A stretch of DNA of 63,496 nucleotides, filler included, from Octopus bimaculoides (taxonomy: Eukaryota), in assembly GCF_001194135.2 (NCBI RefSeq). It is 7 parts of 6 records of this genome, joined end to end, with 100 filler letters (N's around TTAATTAATTAA, not from the genome) between each part and the next. Parts side by side here need not be neighbours in the genome. Positions count along the whole stretch, not along the records: positions 14,917 to 27,941 come from NC_068986.1; positions 28,042 to 52,234 come from NC_068981.1; 5 more parts are not named here. One strand, given 5' to 3'. Within the stretch, counting starts at the first letter, position 1. Each line of letters begins with the position of its first letter. The notes below the pieces were generated by a model. It was not told where the DNA came from. It was given only the letters and a program-made list of their open reading frames with translations, and searched no databases. Positions 26,061-38,635 of the stretch are shown one piece after another. The position numbers and the translations under genes were made by a program.

Positions 26061-26405
26061 GTACACTTTAATAATACGCTAACTATAGAAATAAATAGCC
26101 GAAATATTAGGGCGTAAATGGTGAATTTGCTAAATCCACGTTATTTAAGCGAAAAGAGAACTATTGAAATCTTTCTCATTTACATCACACAGAAATGGGT
26201 CAATGAAAAGGATTAAGAACATTGATGGATATAAGATCGTTAGTGTGGCAAACAAAACATAATGGACATATAGCGAAGACGCAAAAATTCTTCATAAAAT
26301 AATCCAGAAAGAAATCATACAATTTGAGCACAGTTGTGTTTTCAGTATAACTCATAAACACCCACATCCACACATACATAATTCATTAATTCATAAACTG
26401 TACTC

Positions 26406-26448
<43 letters not shown>

Positions 26449-27013
26449 ATTGGTAGATATACGTGTATGTGTGTATGTGTAAATGTGTGCGAGCGCGCGC
26501 GTGTGTGTGCAAGTATAATTCACTCAGGCCATTGTTTATTCAATTTGGTTCAATTCTAATTTAATTATGTAAGTTATCGATCACACAGGAAGCCACTAAT
26601 TCATTCTTTAGATGACCCAAGTGAATTGGCCAAATCAATCGATCAAAACTACACCAGAGATTAATATAAAATAATATTTTGAGAGGATATTCGCATGCAT
26701 ATTAAGAATTTTGTTTAATAAATATTCCCTTGAGATATAAATTCAATTGACATATTATAATCGAGAAATGATGTGACCATTACGTTATATAGTGTGCAAA
26801 GTGTGAACTGGAATAAGTGAAGTCCAGTTGCACCGGACATACAGTATATATATCGAATGGCTCCTTTTCCTATTGTGTCCACACTTGATTATGAACCACG
26901 AATAAATAGTCCTCGTTCAATTCTAGATTATTCCAGAAATACTTTACACACACACACACACAAACAAACATGTATAATATATATGTATGCATGCATGTGT
27001 ACAGATAGATAAA

Positions 27014-27048
<35 letters not shown>

Positions 27049-27606
27049 AAATTTCAAATGGAAAGAGTTTGCTCTTTCACAGGGAAGTATTTTATCCAAG
27101 CGTACACCGGTTTGGTTCTATATCGATTTATATACTTTGTATTTCATTAATTTGCGTTAGTATTAGTGTTAAAACATGTGAGGTTCCAGTTGGCGTTATA
27201 GATGTTTTCATTCATTCGATATAGAACAGAATTTTAATAACATAATATAAGGCAAATGAAGAGTTTGAACATAGAAAAAAATCAATTTATTTATATAATA
27301 CTCAATTTCTTATCACTTACGTACGTTTCAATTTCTTACCTTCATTCATATTTTGCAATTAAGATTGCATTATGTATTTAAAACTCTCCTCAGGGCAAAA
27401 ATTGACAAATATTCGTTCACATCCTAATGAATAGAGAGTTGCTTACAGACTGAGATAGCAACATGCTTTTGTGTGTTTGTGTTTATCAGCATGTGTGTCT
27501 TTTGGATTCCTTTCTAAAGATAGGTTGAGGTTAAACCACGACCAAAGTGAACAAGTGCTAGTTGTAGTTCTAGGGAACTAGGTCATACTACTATTCTCCT
27601 ATATAT

Positions 27607-27798
27607 AAAGATCAGACAGTACACTGAAGCGCAAACCAATATAGAAATATATAGCTACAAAATTCCATGTAACGACAGGCAGTCAGCAAATCACTAACAG
27701 GCATGTACATAAGCAGACGGATAAAATACACAGAGAAATACACACTCGCAAGAAACATAGATACTTATTTCTGATCGTCAAGCAGTACGACACATTCT
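27607..27798 (+). repeat. Copy of 15876-16069 flanked by TATATA
   Basis: TATATA at 27602-27607 and 27798-27803. Confidence 0.9.
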
Positions 27799-28105
27799 AT
27801 ATAAATTAGTAAGAATCCAAATCAATATATTTGTTTTAAATATTTAGTTATGAGAAATTCAATTTTTATTATAATCTTTATTTATTTAGATGTATTGGTC
27901 TTATTTGTTGATAGTTCAGGTTATTATATATATATATATATNNNNNNNNNNNNNNNNNNNNNNNNNNNNNNNNNNNNNNNNNNNNTTAATTAATTAANNN
28001 NNNNNNNNNNNNNNNNNNNNNNNNNNNNNNNNNNNNNNNNNTGTTTGTCCGTCTGTCTCTCTTTCTGTCTCTCTCTCTCCCTCTCTCTCTCTCTCTCTGT
28101 CTGTT

Positions 28106-28138
<33 letters not shown>

Positions 28139-28155
28139 GTTTGTCTGTCTGTCTC

Positions 28156-28187
<32 letters not shown>

Positions 28188-28254
28188 CCCCTCTCTCTCT
28201 CTCTCTGCGTGCTTGCTAGAGTGTGACCGCGCACTGGCGAGTTTGTGTGTTTGT

Positions 28255-28470
28255 TTACACTTGCGTGCACTGTCCCGCACTACATGGTATCTTGTTATGC
28301 CCCTCATTTTGCGTTCGGAGTTCAAATCCCGCTGAGATCAACTGTACCTTTCATCTTTTCCTGTCACCGATGAAGCACAATAATACTAGTCATATATTGT
28401 GGTCGGTATAATTAGCAAATATCATCTACCTACAGTATATGACCTTCTCGTGTCAGCAACTGATATTATA
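28255..28470 (+). mobile_element. SINE family A (diverged)
   Basis: gttcggagttcaaatcccgctgagatcaactgtacctttcatc...ccttctcgtg. Confidence 0.65.
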
Positions 28471-29238
28471 CAGACATATTTTAACTTACGTTCTTTCGAG
28501 TTACGTCCTCTCCGACTTCAGGTCGTATTAAAAAAAAAATTAATGGAAAAAAAAAATTTAACTTCAGTCGATTTACCCGTCTTAATTTCAGTCTCAACGA
28601 ATATATTCCAAGGCATGAAAATTTACAAGGCACCTAAAAGTCAATACTAAAGTGGAAAATTATATAAGATACATGTGAAAAATATATACAAAGCATTTAT
28701 TGAAACAGATACAAGCTAAAAAAAAAGATTTTTATGCTTTTTTGTGTTACGTCATTTCTCGAGTTAAGTTGCGTGTCTCGGAATCATTTACATTCGTAAG
28801 CTGAGGTATGCTTGCTTTATGTAGTGAGCAATTCTCTGAGGATAATTGAGTGACTGAGCATAGATATATTCTGAGCAGATATTAAATATTCGCAGCTAAG
28901 TTTCGTATAAAAATCTATCGTCCGTTGTCAGCAATTCAAATGACATTTAATGGCCTCCTGACATAGGCTTGAAAATTGTGACCATTGGTATTAAGGTCGT
29001 TGACCTGCTTAGAAGATGTATCAAATGTCAACTTGATAGCAGCTTCATATATAAATAAAACAGGTATGTCCACCTGTGTGTGTATGTATAGTGGTGGGCA
29101 TGTCGTACATAATGAAGATTTATATCGAAAATTCTACTAGAAATAAACTCAACTACAAAGGGTTTGATACTAAAAATATAGTAATGAAGCAGTTGTTATC
29201 TCTTGCTCGCAATGTTTTCTTCATGTTCGTAATAACAC

Positions 29239-29310
<72 letters not shown>

Positions 29311-29365
29311 TAATAATAATAATAACAACAACAACAACAACTATAATAATAATAATTATAATAAT

Positions 29366-30160
29366 AAACATCTAGATAACATTCCAAGAGAACCATGTCT
29401 CAGAGAAATCCAAAAGGTTGTGCTGACAAGTACTGCCCACATCCTTAGAAAAACCCTATCAATTAAAACGTCTGTGTTGTATTGCATGAAGATGTTTCGT
29501 TACTGCCCCTGTCACTTTCTCTGTCCAAGCTTTCAGTCAGACTGTGACATCTCTTATCCTTCACTCGCCCTAGGACAGTCTTGTACAGAAAGAGTACAAA
29601 TGCAGACACGACAAGTTAGTCCTAAACCTTCACTAGCTACTGTGCTGGAAGTATGGCTATGAGGTAACTGGCTCTTGGTACCAACTTACACCGGAAAAGG
29701 TAATAGATGAAAACGAGAAAGCAAAGATCCTCTAAGACTTTGACTTCCTGACAGACAAGGAATTTGAACACTGAAGGCCGGATATGGTAGCCTTTAAGAT
29801 GGACAAGTAAGAGTGCCTAATAAATGACGTGGCAGCGCCAGGAGATCAACATGCTGTCATGAAAGCTCATGAGAAGTAAGACAAATATGGATATCTGAAA
29901 ATTTAAATAGTCAAGATATGGCAGCTGCGAGAGTGAAACATATATGTTGTTCCTGTTAGCATCGGAGCACCCATCCTGAAGAAGCATCTGATACTTTAGA
30001 AATATCCTACAACTTTGGTGTATTGCACAAATCGGCTTTTCTTCGAACTGCACGCATACTGCTTAAAATGTTGTCTGTCTGATGTCTTTGTTGTAACATT
30101 CCCAGTACACACGATATCTTCAATTTACAATATCACAATATTGGATACTATGTGACGTCT
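29366..30160 (+). mobile_element. Two R4/Dong-like 3' fragments in tandem
   Basis: EIQKVVLTSTAHILRKTLSI* (from 29366). Then from 29636: LCWKYG..WYQ.TPEKV..KIL*DF..RPDMV..INDVAAPGD..EK*DKY..RTARIL (RLE domain), ending in (AAC/AAT)n. Confidence 0.85.
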
Positions 30161-30314
30161 TCAATAACAACAAAAACAACAACAATAACAATAATAATAA
30201 TAATAATAATAATAACAATAATAATCCTTCACTCGCCGTAGGACGCTGGGTGTGTCTCGGCGAGTGATTGTAAGAAACATGCAGATTAAAAGTAAATAAT
30301 AATAGTAGTAGTAA

Positions 30315-30384
<70 letters not shown>

Positions 30385-31255
30385 GGTAGCGGTGGTGGTG
30401 GTGGTGGTGGTGGTGNNNNNNNNNNNNNNNNNNNNNNNNNNNNNNNNNNNNNNNNNNNNNNNNNNNNNNNNNNNNNNNNNNNNNNNNNNNNNNNNNNNNN
30501 NNNNNNNNNNNNNNNNNNNNNNNNNNNNNNNNNNNNNNNNNNNNNNNNNNNNNNNNNNNNNNNNNNNNNNNNNNNNNNNNNNNNNNNNNNNNNNNNNNNN
30601 NNNNNNNNNNNNNNNNNNNNNNNNNNNNNNNNNNNNNNNNNNNNNNNNNNNNNNNNNNNNNNNNNNNNNNNNNNNNNNNNNNNNNNNNNNNNNNNNNNNN
30701 NNNNNNNNNNNNNNNNNNNNNNNNNNNNNNNNNNNNNNNNNNNNNNNNNNNNNNNNNNNNNNNNNNNNNNNNNNNNNNNNNNNNNNNNNNNNNNNNNNNN
30801 NNNNNNNNNNNNNNNNNNNNNNNNNNNNNNNNNNNNNNNNNNNNNNNNNNNNNNNNNNNNNNNNNNNNNNNNNNNNNNNNNNNNNNNNNNNNNNNNNNNN
30901 NNNNNNNNNNNNNNNNNNNNNNNNNNNNNNNNNNNNNNNNNNNNNNNNNNNNNNNNNNNNNNNNNNNNNNNNNNNNNNNNNNNNNNNNNNNNNNNNNNNN
31001 NNNNNNNNNNNNNNNNNNNNNNNNNNNNNNNNNNNNNNNNNNNNNNNNNNNNNNNNNNNNNNNNNNNNNNNNNNNNNNNNNNNNNNNNNNNNNNNNNNNN
31101 NNNNNNNNNNNNNNNNNNNNNNNNNNNNNNNNNNNNNNNNNNNNNNNNNNNNNNNNNNNNNNNNNNNNNNNNNNNNNNNNNNNNNNNNNNNNNNNNNNNN
31201 NNNNNNNNNNNNNNNNNNNNNNNNNNNNNNNNNNNNNNNNNNNNNNNNNNNNNNN

Positions 31256-31600
31256 CCCAAAAAACGAGCACTACTGGGTACTGCACACATTCTACGCAAA
31301 ACACTTTCAATACAGTAAACATGAGAGCACCACAGCAAACCACAGCACATACCCAAGGCGCACAGAGCTGCGCTCGGTAGTGAAGTGGAAGCACGTTATA
31401 AAAATAAAACTACTGAACAATAATAATAATAATAATATATAACATGCAGAAAATTGCACTACTGGGCACTGCACACATCCTACACAAAACACTTTCAATA
31501 CAGTAACCATAAGAGCATCACAGCAAACCACAGCACATACCCAAGGCACACAGAGCTGCGCTCGGTAGTGAAGTGGAAGCACGTTATAAAAATAAAACTA

Positions 31601-31660
<60 letters not shown>
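31256..31660 (+). mobile_element. Two near-identical R4/Dong-like 3' ends in tandem, each with (AAT)n
   Basis: KRALLGTAHILRKTLSIQ* plus 3'UTR at 31256-31417, and MQKIALLGTAHILHKTLSIQ* plus the same UTR at 31441-31606. Confidence 0.9.
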
Positions 31661-31939
31661 TAATTCGTTTTATTGGCCACAAGGGCTAATATCAATCAAA
31701 AACATGCAAGGACAAAGACAGGACGAAGGTTACAAAAGGTTTTGTCCGAAAAGTAGAAAAACGTTCGTGAATAATAATAATAATAATAGTAATAGTAATA
31801 GTAATGGACTGTCTCCCGCCGAAGATGACGTATGAGTGTTCAGCTTTTTCCGAACGACCTGCATAAATGATTTATTTATAGGAATCAAATGTATGTACTG
31901 TATTAGCTCACTCTCTCCATTAAATCAACGTTGTCTGAA

Positions 31940-32070
31940 CAGGTGTACTGTGTACGATGTGTCAGGTGTCGAGTGATTGCAGAGCAACGCGAGATTAAGT
32001 GTTTTGTTCAAGAACACAACGCACCACCCAATCTCGTGATCATGATTGCAACACCTAACAACTAGGCTAT
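31940..32070 (-). mobile_element. CORE-like SINE family D fragment
   Basis: gcaacgcgagattaagtgttttgttcaagaacacaac resembles the SINE CORE segment; a related copy lies at 51010-51160. Confidence 0.5.
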
Positions 32071-32084
32071 ACTTCATTCTAATT

Positions 32085-32280
32085 TTGACATAAGGCCAGC
32101 AATTTTGAGGGGAGGAGCAAGGTGATTACATCGACCCCAGTAATTGGTGGGTACTTTATTTTATCGAACACTAAAGGATGAAAGGCAAAGTTGACCTCGG
32201 CGGAATTTGAGTTCTGGATGTAAAGAACCGGTAAAAATGCTGTTGTTTTGTTCGACGCGCTAACGATTCTGCCAGGTTAA
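32085..32280 (-). mobile_element. SINE family A
   Basis: Reverse complement of body and head (aaggcaaagttgacctcggcggaatttga; cgctaacgattctgcca). Confidence 0.8.
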
Positions 32281-32461
32281 CAACAAGTATGTCAAATATT
32301 AAACGAGATAAATTCTTGATTTATTGAAATTATTTCCACCTCATAACTAGCAAATAGCAATTAAAATCAGCTCCATATGAAAAGGGGGAGATGATCTCAA
32401 GATTTTCTCCAATGTTGTCATGCCATGAAGGCTTATTCTCTGAAGAGAAGAGGAGCCAAGG

Positions 32462-32494
32462 ATACATGTTTCAGCCTCTAAAGGCGTCATCAGT
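32462..32494 (-). ncRNA. Minimal hammerhead H6, canonical core, stem I degenerate
   Basis: Minus strand: CTGATGA | C GCC-TTTAGA-GGC T | GAAA | CATG T A; palindromic ACATGT, GUA site; only 1 bp of stem I pairs. Confidence 0.55.
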
Positions 32495-33699
32495 ATAACA
32501 GCTGTCCAACCCGTGTAGAACATATTTATAACCTTAGTATTTAGCATAATTTAAACAATGAACTGGCAGAAATAACTCAAAAGTAGTCAATGGCATGTAT
32601 TTGAACAACATAGACAAATACATGTACTCTTTGATGATTAAATAACTAAAGGGAATCATAATTAAAAAATTAAAAGAACACTGCAGTACAAACGGATTTC
32701 TTTACAACGCCTTTCTTTACAACGCCTTCTTCCTTTCAACAGTTTTAAGTACTGCGGGAGTGAAGGACGGAAATGAAATCAACTGTTTTCTTATTGTCTG
32801 ACTATTATTCTTTTCCCCTTAGGTCAGACATGTGAGATAGCATTGCTAACAAATACAGGATTTTGCCTATCGAGTTTAAATGCTTTAATTCAAATATGAC
32901 AACTGTTGAAATAATATTCACATGTTTATAGAGATGGCATCTTATTACGAAAATATGCGGTGTGTACTTTAGTAGAGGATAATGCACCAAGTCTAACGTA
33001 AAGCAGCCAGCACTTAATAACAATGCTCCTCTATTCTATCACATGGTTTCTCATTCCGCTTCCAGTACTTATTGCCAAATGTAGTCGGAATTTTACACGC
33101 ACGCGCACGCACGCACACACACACACACGCACACACATACACACGCATACACAAATGCAAACACAAACACACACACACATATACACACACACAGACACAC
33201 GTACACACACACACACGCACATAGGTCTATAACATATATGTTCTTACGAAAGGCTTTATCACTCTAGAACAATAAGTAAAACAATATTTTGACAGCGAAA
33301 AAAATATTTACATATGTATATATTTACACATACAAACGTAAACACACACACATACAGACTTAAACACACACACACACACACATTCATTATTGTTATGCTA
33401 TATGCTGGTATGAAATACGTTTCTTGGCATTAGAATAATCATTAGAAGCAACCAACCACATGCCATGTAACTCGCGTGCACACTTCTCACTCTGCAGTGA
33501 ATGACATGGAAAGAGGACAAAATAGCTATTGCGTCCATGCATGAATGAATTACGGAGCTAAACTCACGGCACGAGGGATTGACAACGTTACCTGATAGTA
33601 CATACGCTGAATTCGATGCATTAAAATTGCATTTTTATAACCAATCGGAAATAATTAACTTTTTATATTCATCAATATGAAAAAGCATGACAGTGTGAT

Positions 33700-33850
33700 A
33701 CAGAAGTTCGCTTCACAACTATACGGTTTCGGGTTAATCCCACTGGGGGACATTTGATTAAATATCGTTAACCGTCGCCCCGTTCAACCAATCAGTACTC
33801 TGTGAGTGAATTTGGGAAACGGAAAGTCTACAGAAGCCCATCACACACAC
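33700..33850 (+). mobile_element. SINE family B 5' part (diverged)
   Basis: ggtttcgggttaatcccactg...tgtgagtgaatttgggaaacggaaa...gaagccc. Confidence 0.6.
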
Positions 33851-33907
33851 TCATACGCACACAAACATGTATTATTATATACGAGCATTCATTATTTATT
33901 TACTTAT

Positions 33908-34120
33908 AAGGCAGCAAGCTGGCAGAATCGTGAGCGAAATGCTTAGCGGTATTTCGCCTACTGCTACGTTCTGAATTTAATTTCCGCCAAGGTCGACTTA
34001 GCCTTTCGTCCTTTCGGAGTCGATAAATTAAGTACCAGTGAAACATTTGAGTCGACGTAATTGACTAGTCCCCACCCACCAAATTTCAGGCCTTGTGTCT
34101 TTAGTAGAAAGGATTATTTA
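33908..34120 (+). mobile_element. SINE family A
   Basis: aaggcagcaagctggcagaatcg...agtagaaaggattatt. Confidence 0.85.
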
Positions 34121-34230
34121 TTTACTTAAGCCCTTCTCTCCCTATGTAGAATAGGCCAACGACGAATTTTCTCCGCTGTTCTTAACTCCGGACTGCCTTT
34201 AAGGCACCTCCTCTCTTAGGTCTTGTCACT

Positions 34231-34386
34231 CACTAGTGTAGCTAGAGTGTATGCCACCCTTCAGTTTTCCGCCCCTGGGTCCCCACAAAAATACATATTG
34301 CCTACAGCAGACCCAAAAGTGGTGCCGCCCGATAAAAGTACCGCCCGGGAAGGACCACCCCTCCACCCCCTCTAACTATGCTAGTG
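34231..34386. mobile_element. MITE with CAGTGGCGTAGC-type TIRs
   Basis: cactagtgtagctagag / ctctaactatgctagtg (14/17 complementary); shares aaaagtaccgccc with 48074-48212. Confidence 0.7.
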
Positions 34387-35214
34387 TTGTCAGTTTTGTA
34401 CTGCCATCGATGTTTCTGTTACTTCGCTTATTTTTTCAAAATAGGGGTGTTGGCCCTGTAAGAACGACCGTGCGAACCCAAAAAGGAAAAATGGTGACGA
34501 ATGGAAAAACAGGACTCCTTTTGTTTAAACGCGTCACACGGTCGAACACAAAAATTAATATCAAAGATGATATATAAAATGTTATACTTCGATAACATTA
34601 GTGAATTCGTAAATTGCCAGTAATGAAGACGATAGAAGACAACCGATAGAGATGAATAACAGAAATATTTATTGTGACATTAAAATGTATGTCTGTGTGT
34701 GAGTGTGAATGCGACATATTAAAACATAATAAAGGACAGGCCGTCATGTAAATAGAATAGTGTGTATACAAAAGAGTGTGTGCACAAATGCATGTGAATG
34801 CGTGAGATACAGCAGATAGAAAGAGTCAGTAACACGTGTGAGCATTTGCCGCTTTGTTGAGTACACAATAGGAAGNNNNNNNNNNNNNNNNNNNNNNNNN
34901 NNNNNNNNNNNNNNNNNNNNNNNNNNNNNNNNNNNNNNNNNNNNNNNNNNNNNNNNNNNNNNNNNNNNNNNNNNNNNNNNNNNNNNNNNNNNNNNNNNNN
35001 NNNNNNNNNNNNNNNNNNNNNNNNNNNNNNNNNNNNNNNNNNNNNNNNNNNNNNNNNNNNNNNNNNNNNNNNNNNNNNNNNNNNNNNNNNNNNNNNNNNN
35101 NNNNNNNNNNNNNNNNNNNNNNNNNNNNNNNNNNNNNNNNNNNNNNNNNNNNNNNNNNNNNNNNNNNNNNNNNNNNNNNNNNNNNNNNNNNNNNNNNNNN
35201 NNNNNNNNNNNNNN

Positions 35215-35256
35215 TCGTAGAGTCGTGTTGCTGATGGCGACGTCGGTGGTAGTCAT
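35215..35256 (-). CDS. Possible first coding exon (MTTTDVAISNTTLR..., runs into gap)
   Basis: ATG ~120 nt downstream of a minus-strand TATAAATA; no homology recognised. Confidence 0.2.
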
Positions 35257-35371
35257 AGCTGGAGATGCTGTTGATGTAGTCGCTGGAACTGCTGCTGCTG
35301 ATCTGTGTGGTACATGGAACAGGTCCCTAAGAGATCTGAACCGAGACGAATTTGCCGGGTATAATTTGGGC

Positions 35372-35625
35372 TATTTATAGTTGATGGTAGGCTCCCAAAG
35401 GCATCAGAAAAATACTCTATCACGTGACCTTATTAGGGGCCGTGATTGGTCAGTTTGCGTTCTGGCGGGAACGGTTCGAAGCAGTTACCGCTTCAAATAA
35501 TAATCAGTCACGTGATGACAAGGAAAGATGTTTTCTACTACGCCCGCGCTTGTTTCTATATAACAGTGAGAAGATGGTTTGTTTGTATGTAATGGCGATA
35601 ATTGTTTTGTATATAATGGCGATAG
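35372..35625. promoter_or_regulatory. Promoter-like island, possibly bidirectional
   Basis: Minus-strand TATAAATA 35379-35372; ATCACGTGAC 35419-35428 and GTCACGTGAT 35507-35516; ATTGG 35445-35449; two ATGGCG (35592, 35616); locally CpG-rich. Confidence 0.55.
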
Positions 35626-36244
35626 GTAGTTTCACTACAGCCCTATGCAAATCCTATATGTACAAATATGTACAAATAAAGAAAGTAAAAATAAAGGTGC
35701 TAGACAGAAATTCAAGGAATTAACTATTCTTAATGTTAACAAAAACTGGGAACGTATAGAAAGAGGTAGTAAAGCAGTTAAAGTAAGTATAAAAATAAAT
35801 TCGTTATATTTGTATATAAAAATATTTAGACAAATATATAATGTAAAATGAAAGGAATGAAGAGAACAGCTGGAGATATAAAGATCAAATCAAAATCATT
35901 TAGCTTCAAATAGGGTTAAAGGTTAAAAGAACTCACATGAAAAGCCCATGCACCTTAAACTATGATCACACTTTCCAACCACACCTCAAAATACTTTCTA
36001 ACCCAATGAATTGTACTAAAATCAAAACTGTACACATACTTCCATAGAAGCACATGAGCAGAAACATGAACATACTAATGAGTACAAAAATACAAAACCA
36101 CACACACACACACACACACACACACGTAATACTCATATCCATATATAAACGTATAGATCGCACGGAGACATACATACATGCATGCATGCATGCATACATA
36201 CATACATACATACATACATGCATACACATATACATGTATGTATG

Positions 36245-36440
36245 TATGTATGTAGGTTTGTACGTACACGGCGTTTTTCAACATAGTTTCTTTCTACTAA
36301 ATTCACTTACAAGCATTGGTCGACACAGGTCTATAATAGAAGAAAGACACTTATCCCCAAGGTGCCAAACAATGGGCCTGAACTCAAAACCACGTGGTTG
36401 TCAAGCAGGCTTCTCAACCATAAAGACGTGCCTGTGCCTA
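36245..36440 (-). mobile_element. SINE family B 5' half
   Basis: ctactaaattcacttacaag...gaaagacactt.tccc.aaggtgcc...ccacgtggttg. Confidence 0.7.
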
Positions 36441-36829
36441 TACTGTTTGAATTTGAAAGAAACTTACTCTCATACATTCCTTAATCCCTGTCGTTAATAC
36501 AAAGCAAAACGCAAACGAAATTCAGTTATAACATCAAAACAGACCAATTATTCTTTCCCGAGCCAAAATCTGTGTCCCCAGCCAGTACCATCTTAAGGCA
36601 GAGACACATTGAGCAGTTAAATGAATTTGCTCGCGGGCCAAGAGACTCGATGTTAATCTATACTTACTATGGCATGCGTGTATATAGGAGCCCCAAGGCA
36701 TTGTTTTGTTTGGGGACATATAACACCGTTAAACAGCCCTGCTGCTAACAACTCAGATCTTGAATTTGTCAATCACTAACTTGTATACCAATCAACTTCC
36801 TGATTGAAACACAAATTTATAAAACCATA

Positions 36830-37180
36830 TCTGGCTTACGTTTTACATCATTCCACAGGTACTCTAAATTTTTGTGACGAAATCTCTTCTTGCAATCCCT
36901 CAACATCCCCACAAAGTACTCTTCGTTAACCGTCAGGTCAGAAGGAACCTTGTAAATGTAGATGATACCTTTGCTGTTGAAAAAGGAAATCATCATGAGC
37001 TTCCCAGTGGACTTGCTTTGCCTCGCCTCTTGTACCAGCGAAAGGCTCGGCTCATACAGGTTAATCCATTTGCAATTTGGAGTGTTTCATAAGTCTCTGC
37101 AGCATTTTTGCCTCGTTTAACATAAAAAATTATTGCATTAGGAGCTTCGAAATCGTCTTCAGGTGCCGACTGCATTCTTC
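36830..37180 (-). mobile_element. Internally deleted mariner transposase relic
   Basis: AIIFYVKRGKNAAETYETLQ..CMSRAFRWYKR (HTH region) joined to MMISFFNSKGIIY..VP..TVNEEYFVGML..KKRF (catalytic region). Confidence 0.8.
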
Positions 37181-37908
37181 TGGTCAGTAGAGTATGTTTA
37201 AAGTGCTGTTACCTCTGTCTTCTTCAATCTGGAATATCAAAAGTTGGCAGGTCAGCTTATTAGGTTTATAGTAATGATATACTAGAATTACAATAACCTA
37301 GAACAATTACAACTGCCTCTCCTAAAAAATCTCAAAACTTCTGTATGTATGTATGTATGCACGTACGTACATACGTGTGTGTGTGTGTGTGCATGATCGT
37401 TATTTCCTCCATGAATTCAAGGCAAGCAATATATACCTCAGATTTTCGTGTGAAAAAAAAAAGATCTATCCGAAGATATAAAAATAGAAAAAATAACATT
37501 TTTCTTGTATTGGAATATCTAGCACGTGTATAACAGAAACCTTAACGCATGCACAATCAGAGCTTTCTCCAACCCCAGCCGACAGCTTAATACATACATT
37601 ATGGGATCTTGCTTGCAGCCCAACCAAGCTGAAAGATAAACTAGAGGCGAATCACCTGATTCTTGCCTTGGGATTCAGTTGCCGATCAGCAACTAATTAG
37701 TGTGTTTTGTTTTAGTACTTTAGTTTACTTTACTGATGTCTGAAGCTATTTGCTTGATTTGTAGGTAGTTTATAAATGAGTGCCTAACATGACTTCACTC
37801 TTTTTGCTTTCTCTATTTTCAATACATATAATAACCAGTCATGGCTGTAAAGTTTTTTAGTGCGTTAAGTGACAGATTATTTAGTTTACATTGTTTCAAT
37901 AAAACGCA

Positions 37909-38145
37909 TACGGCATTTGCCAGCGTATAAGACGCACTTTCGCATAAAACAATCCTTACTTTTTGTGTGAGAAAAAGTATATTTTGTGGGGGAAAAAAAG
38001 AGAACCAAATTTAAAATTTAATATGCTTCGTCATTCACTCGTATACTCAGTATCCCACCCGTAATACGGTCACATTACACCCGTGGCAATCTTTTGCTAC
38101 ATTTGAGAATAAAAAAGTGTGTCTAATACACCGGCGTATACGGTA
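37909..38145. mobile_element. pogo/Tigger-type MITE
   Basis: TACGGCATTTGCCAGCGTATAAGACGCAC vs (rc) TACCGTATACGCCGGTGTATTAGACACAC; TA termini. Confidence 0.7.
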
Positions 38146-38635
38146 GTAGATAGTGGAAGACCCTTTCCAACATTAAACTTGAAGAAATAAAGAAAAATTT
38201 AGAAAATTTAACTCTGAACTTCATGAATCTTACAAACAAGGAAGTATTTCTAATAATGGATAATATTGTGGGTAAAGTTTACTGTTTGTAAAAACACGAA
38301 AATCCATGTAGAACTGAGCTAAGTGATATGACAATCTAAATAACTCGTATACTGCAATCACGTGCCATGTTAAATCAGTGATCCGATTACAAACGTTAAT
38401 TTAAATTAAATAATTTGGAAAAGCATATAGAATAGCGCTTGACAAGCAGAAATCACTTGCTGTTTAACATGTACAGAGATAATTGAAAACAAAAATAAAT
38501 AAAATAAAGAAAGGCTACTTAGAAGATCAGATGTTTGGAGTAAAATATAAATGGGTTTTTGTGGTCACAATAAAAGTAAGTTATCTGAATAGGAGTGTCT
38601 ATTCTGAATTAGCATTCTGTGTTGCTGTTTATAAG

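Noticed and set aside
29925-29950. GAAACATATATGTT hammerhead-like 3' half (similar partial hits at 20995-21030, 25005-25025, 43705)
   Set aside because: No acceptable CUGANGA core with a pairing stem II; the first lies within R4/Dong coding sequence.
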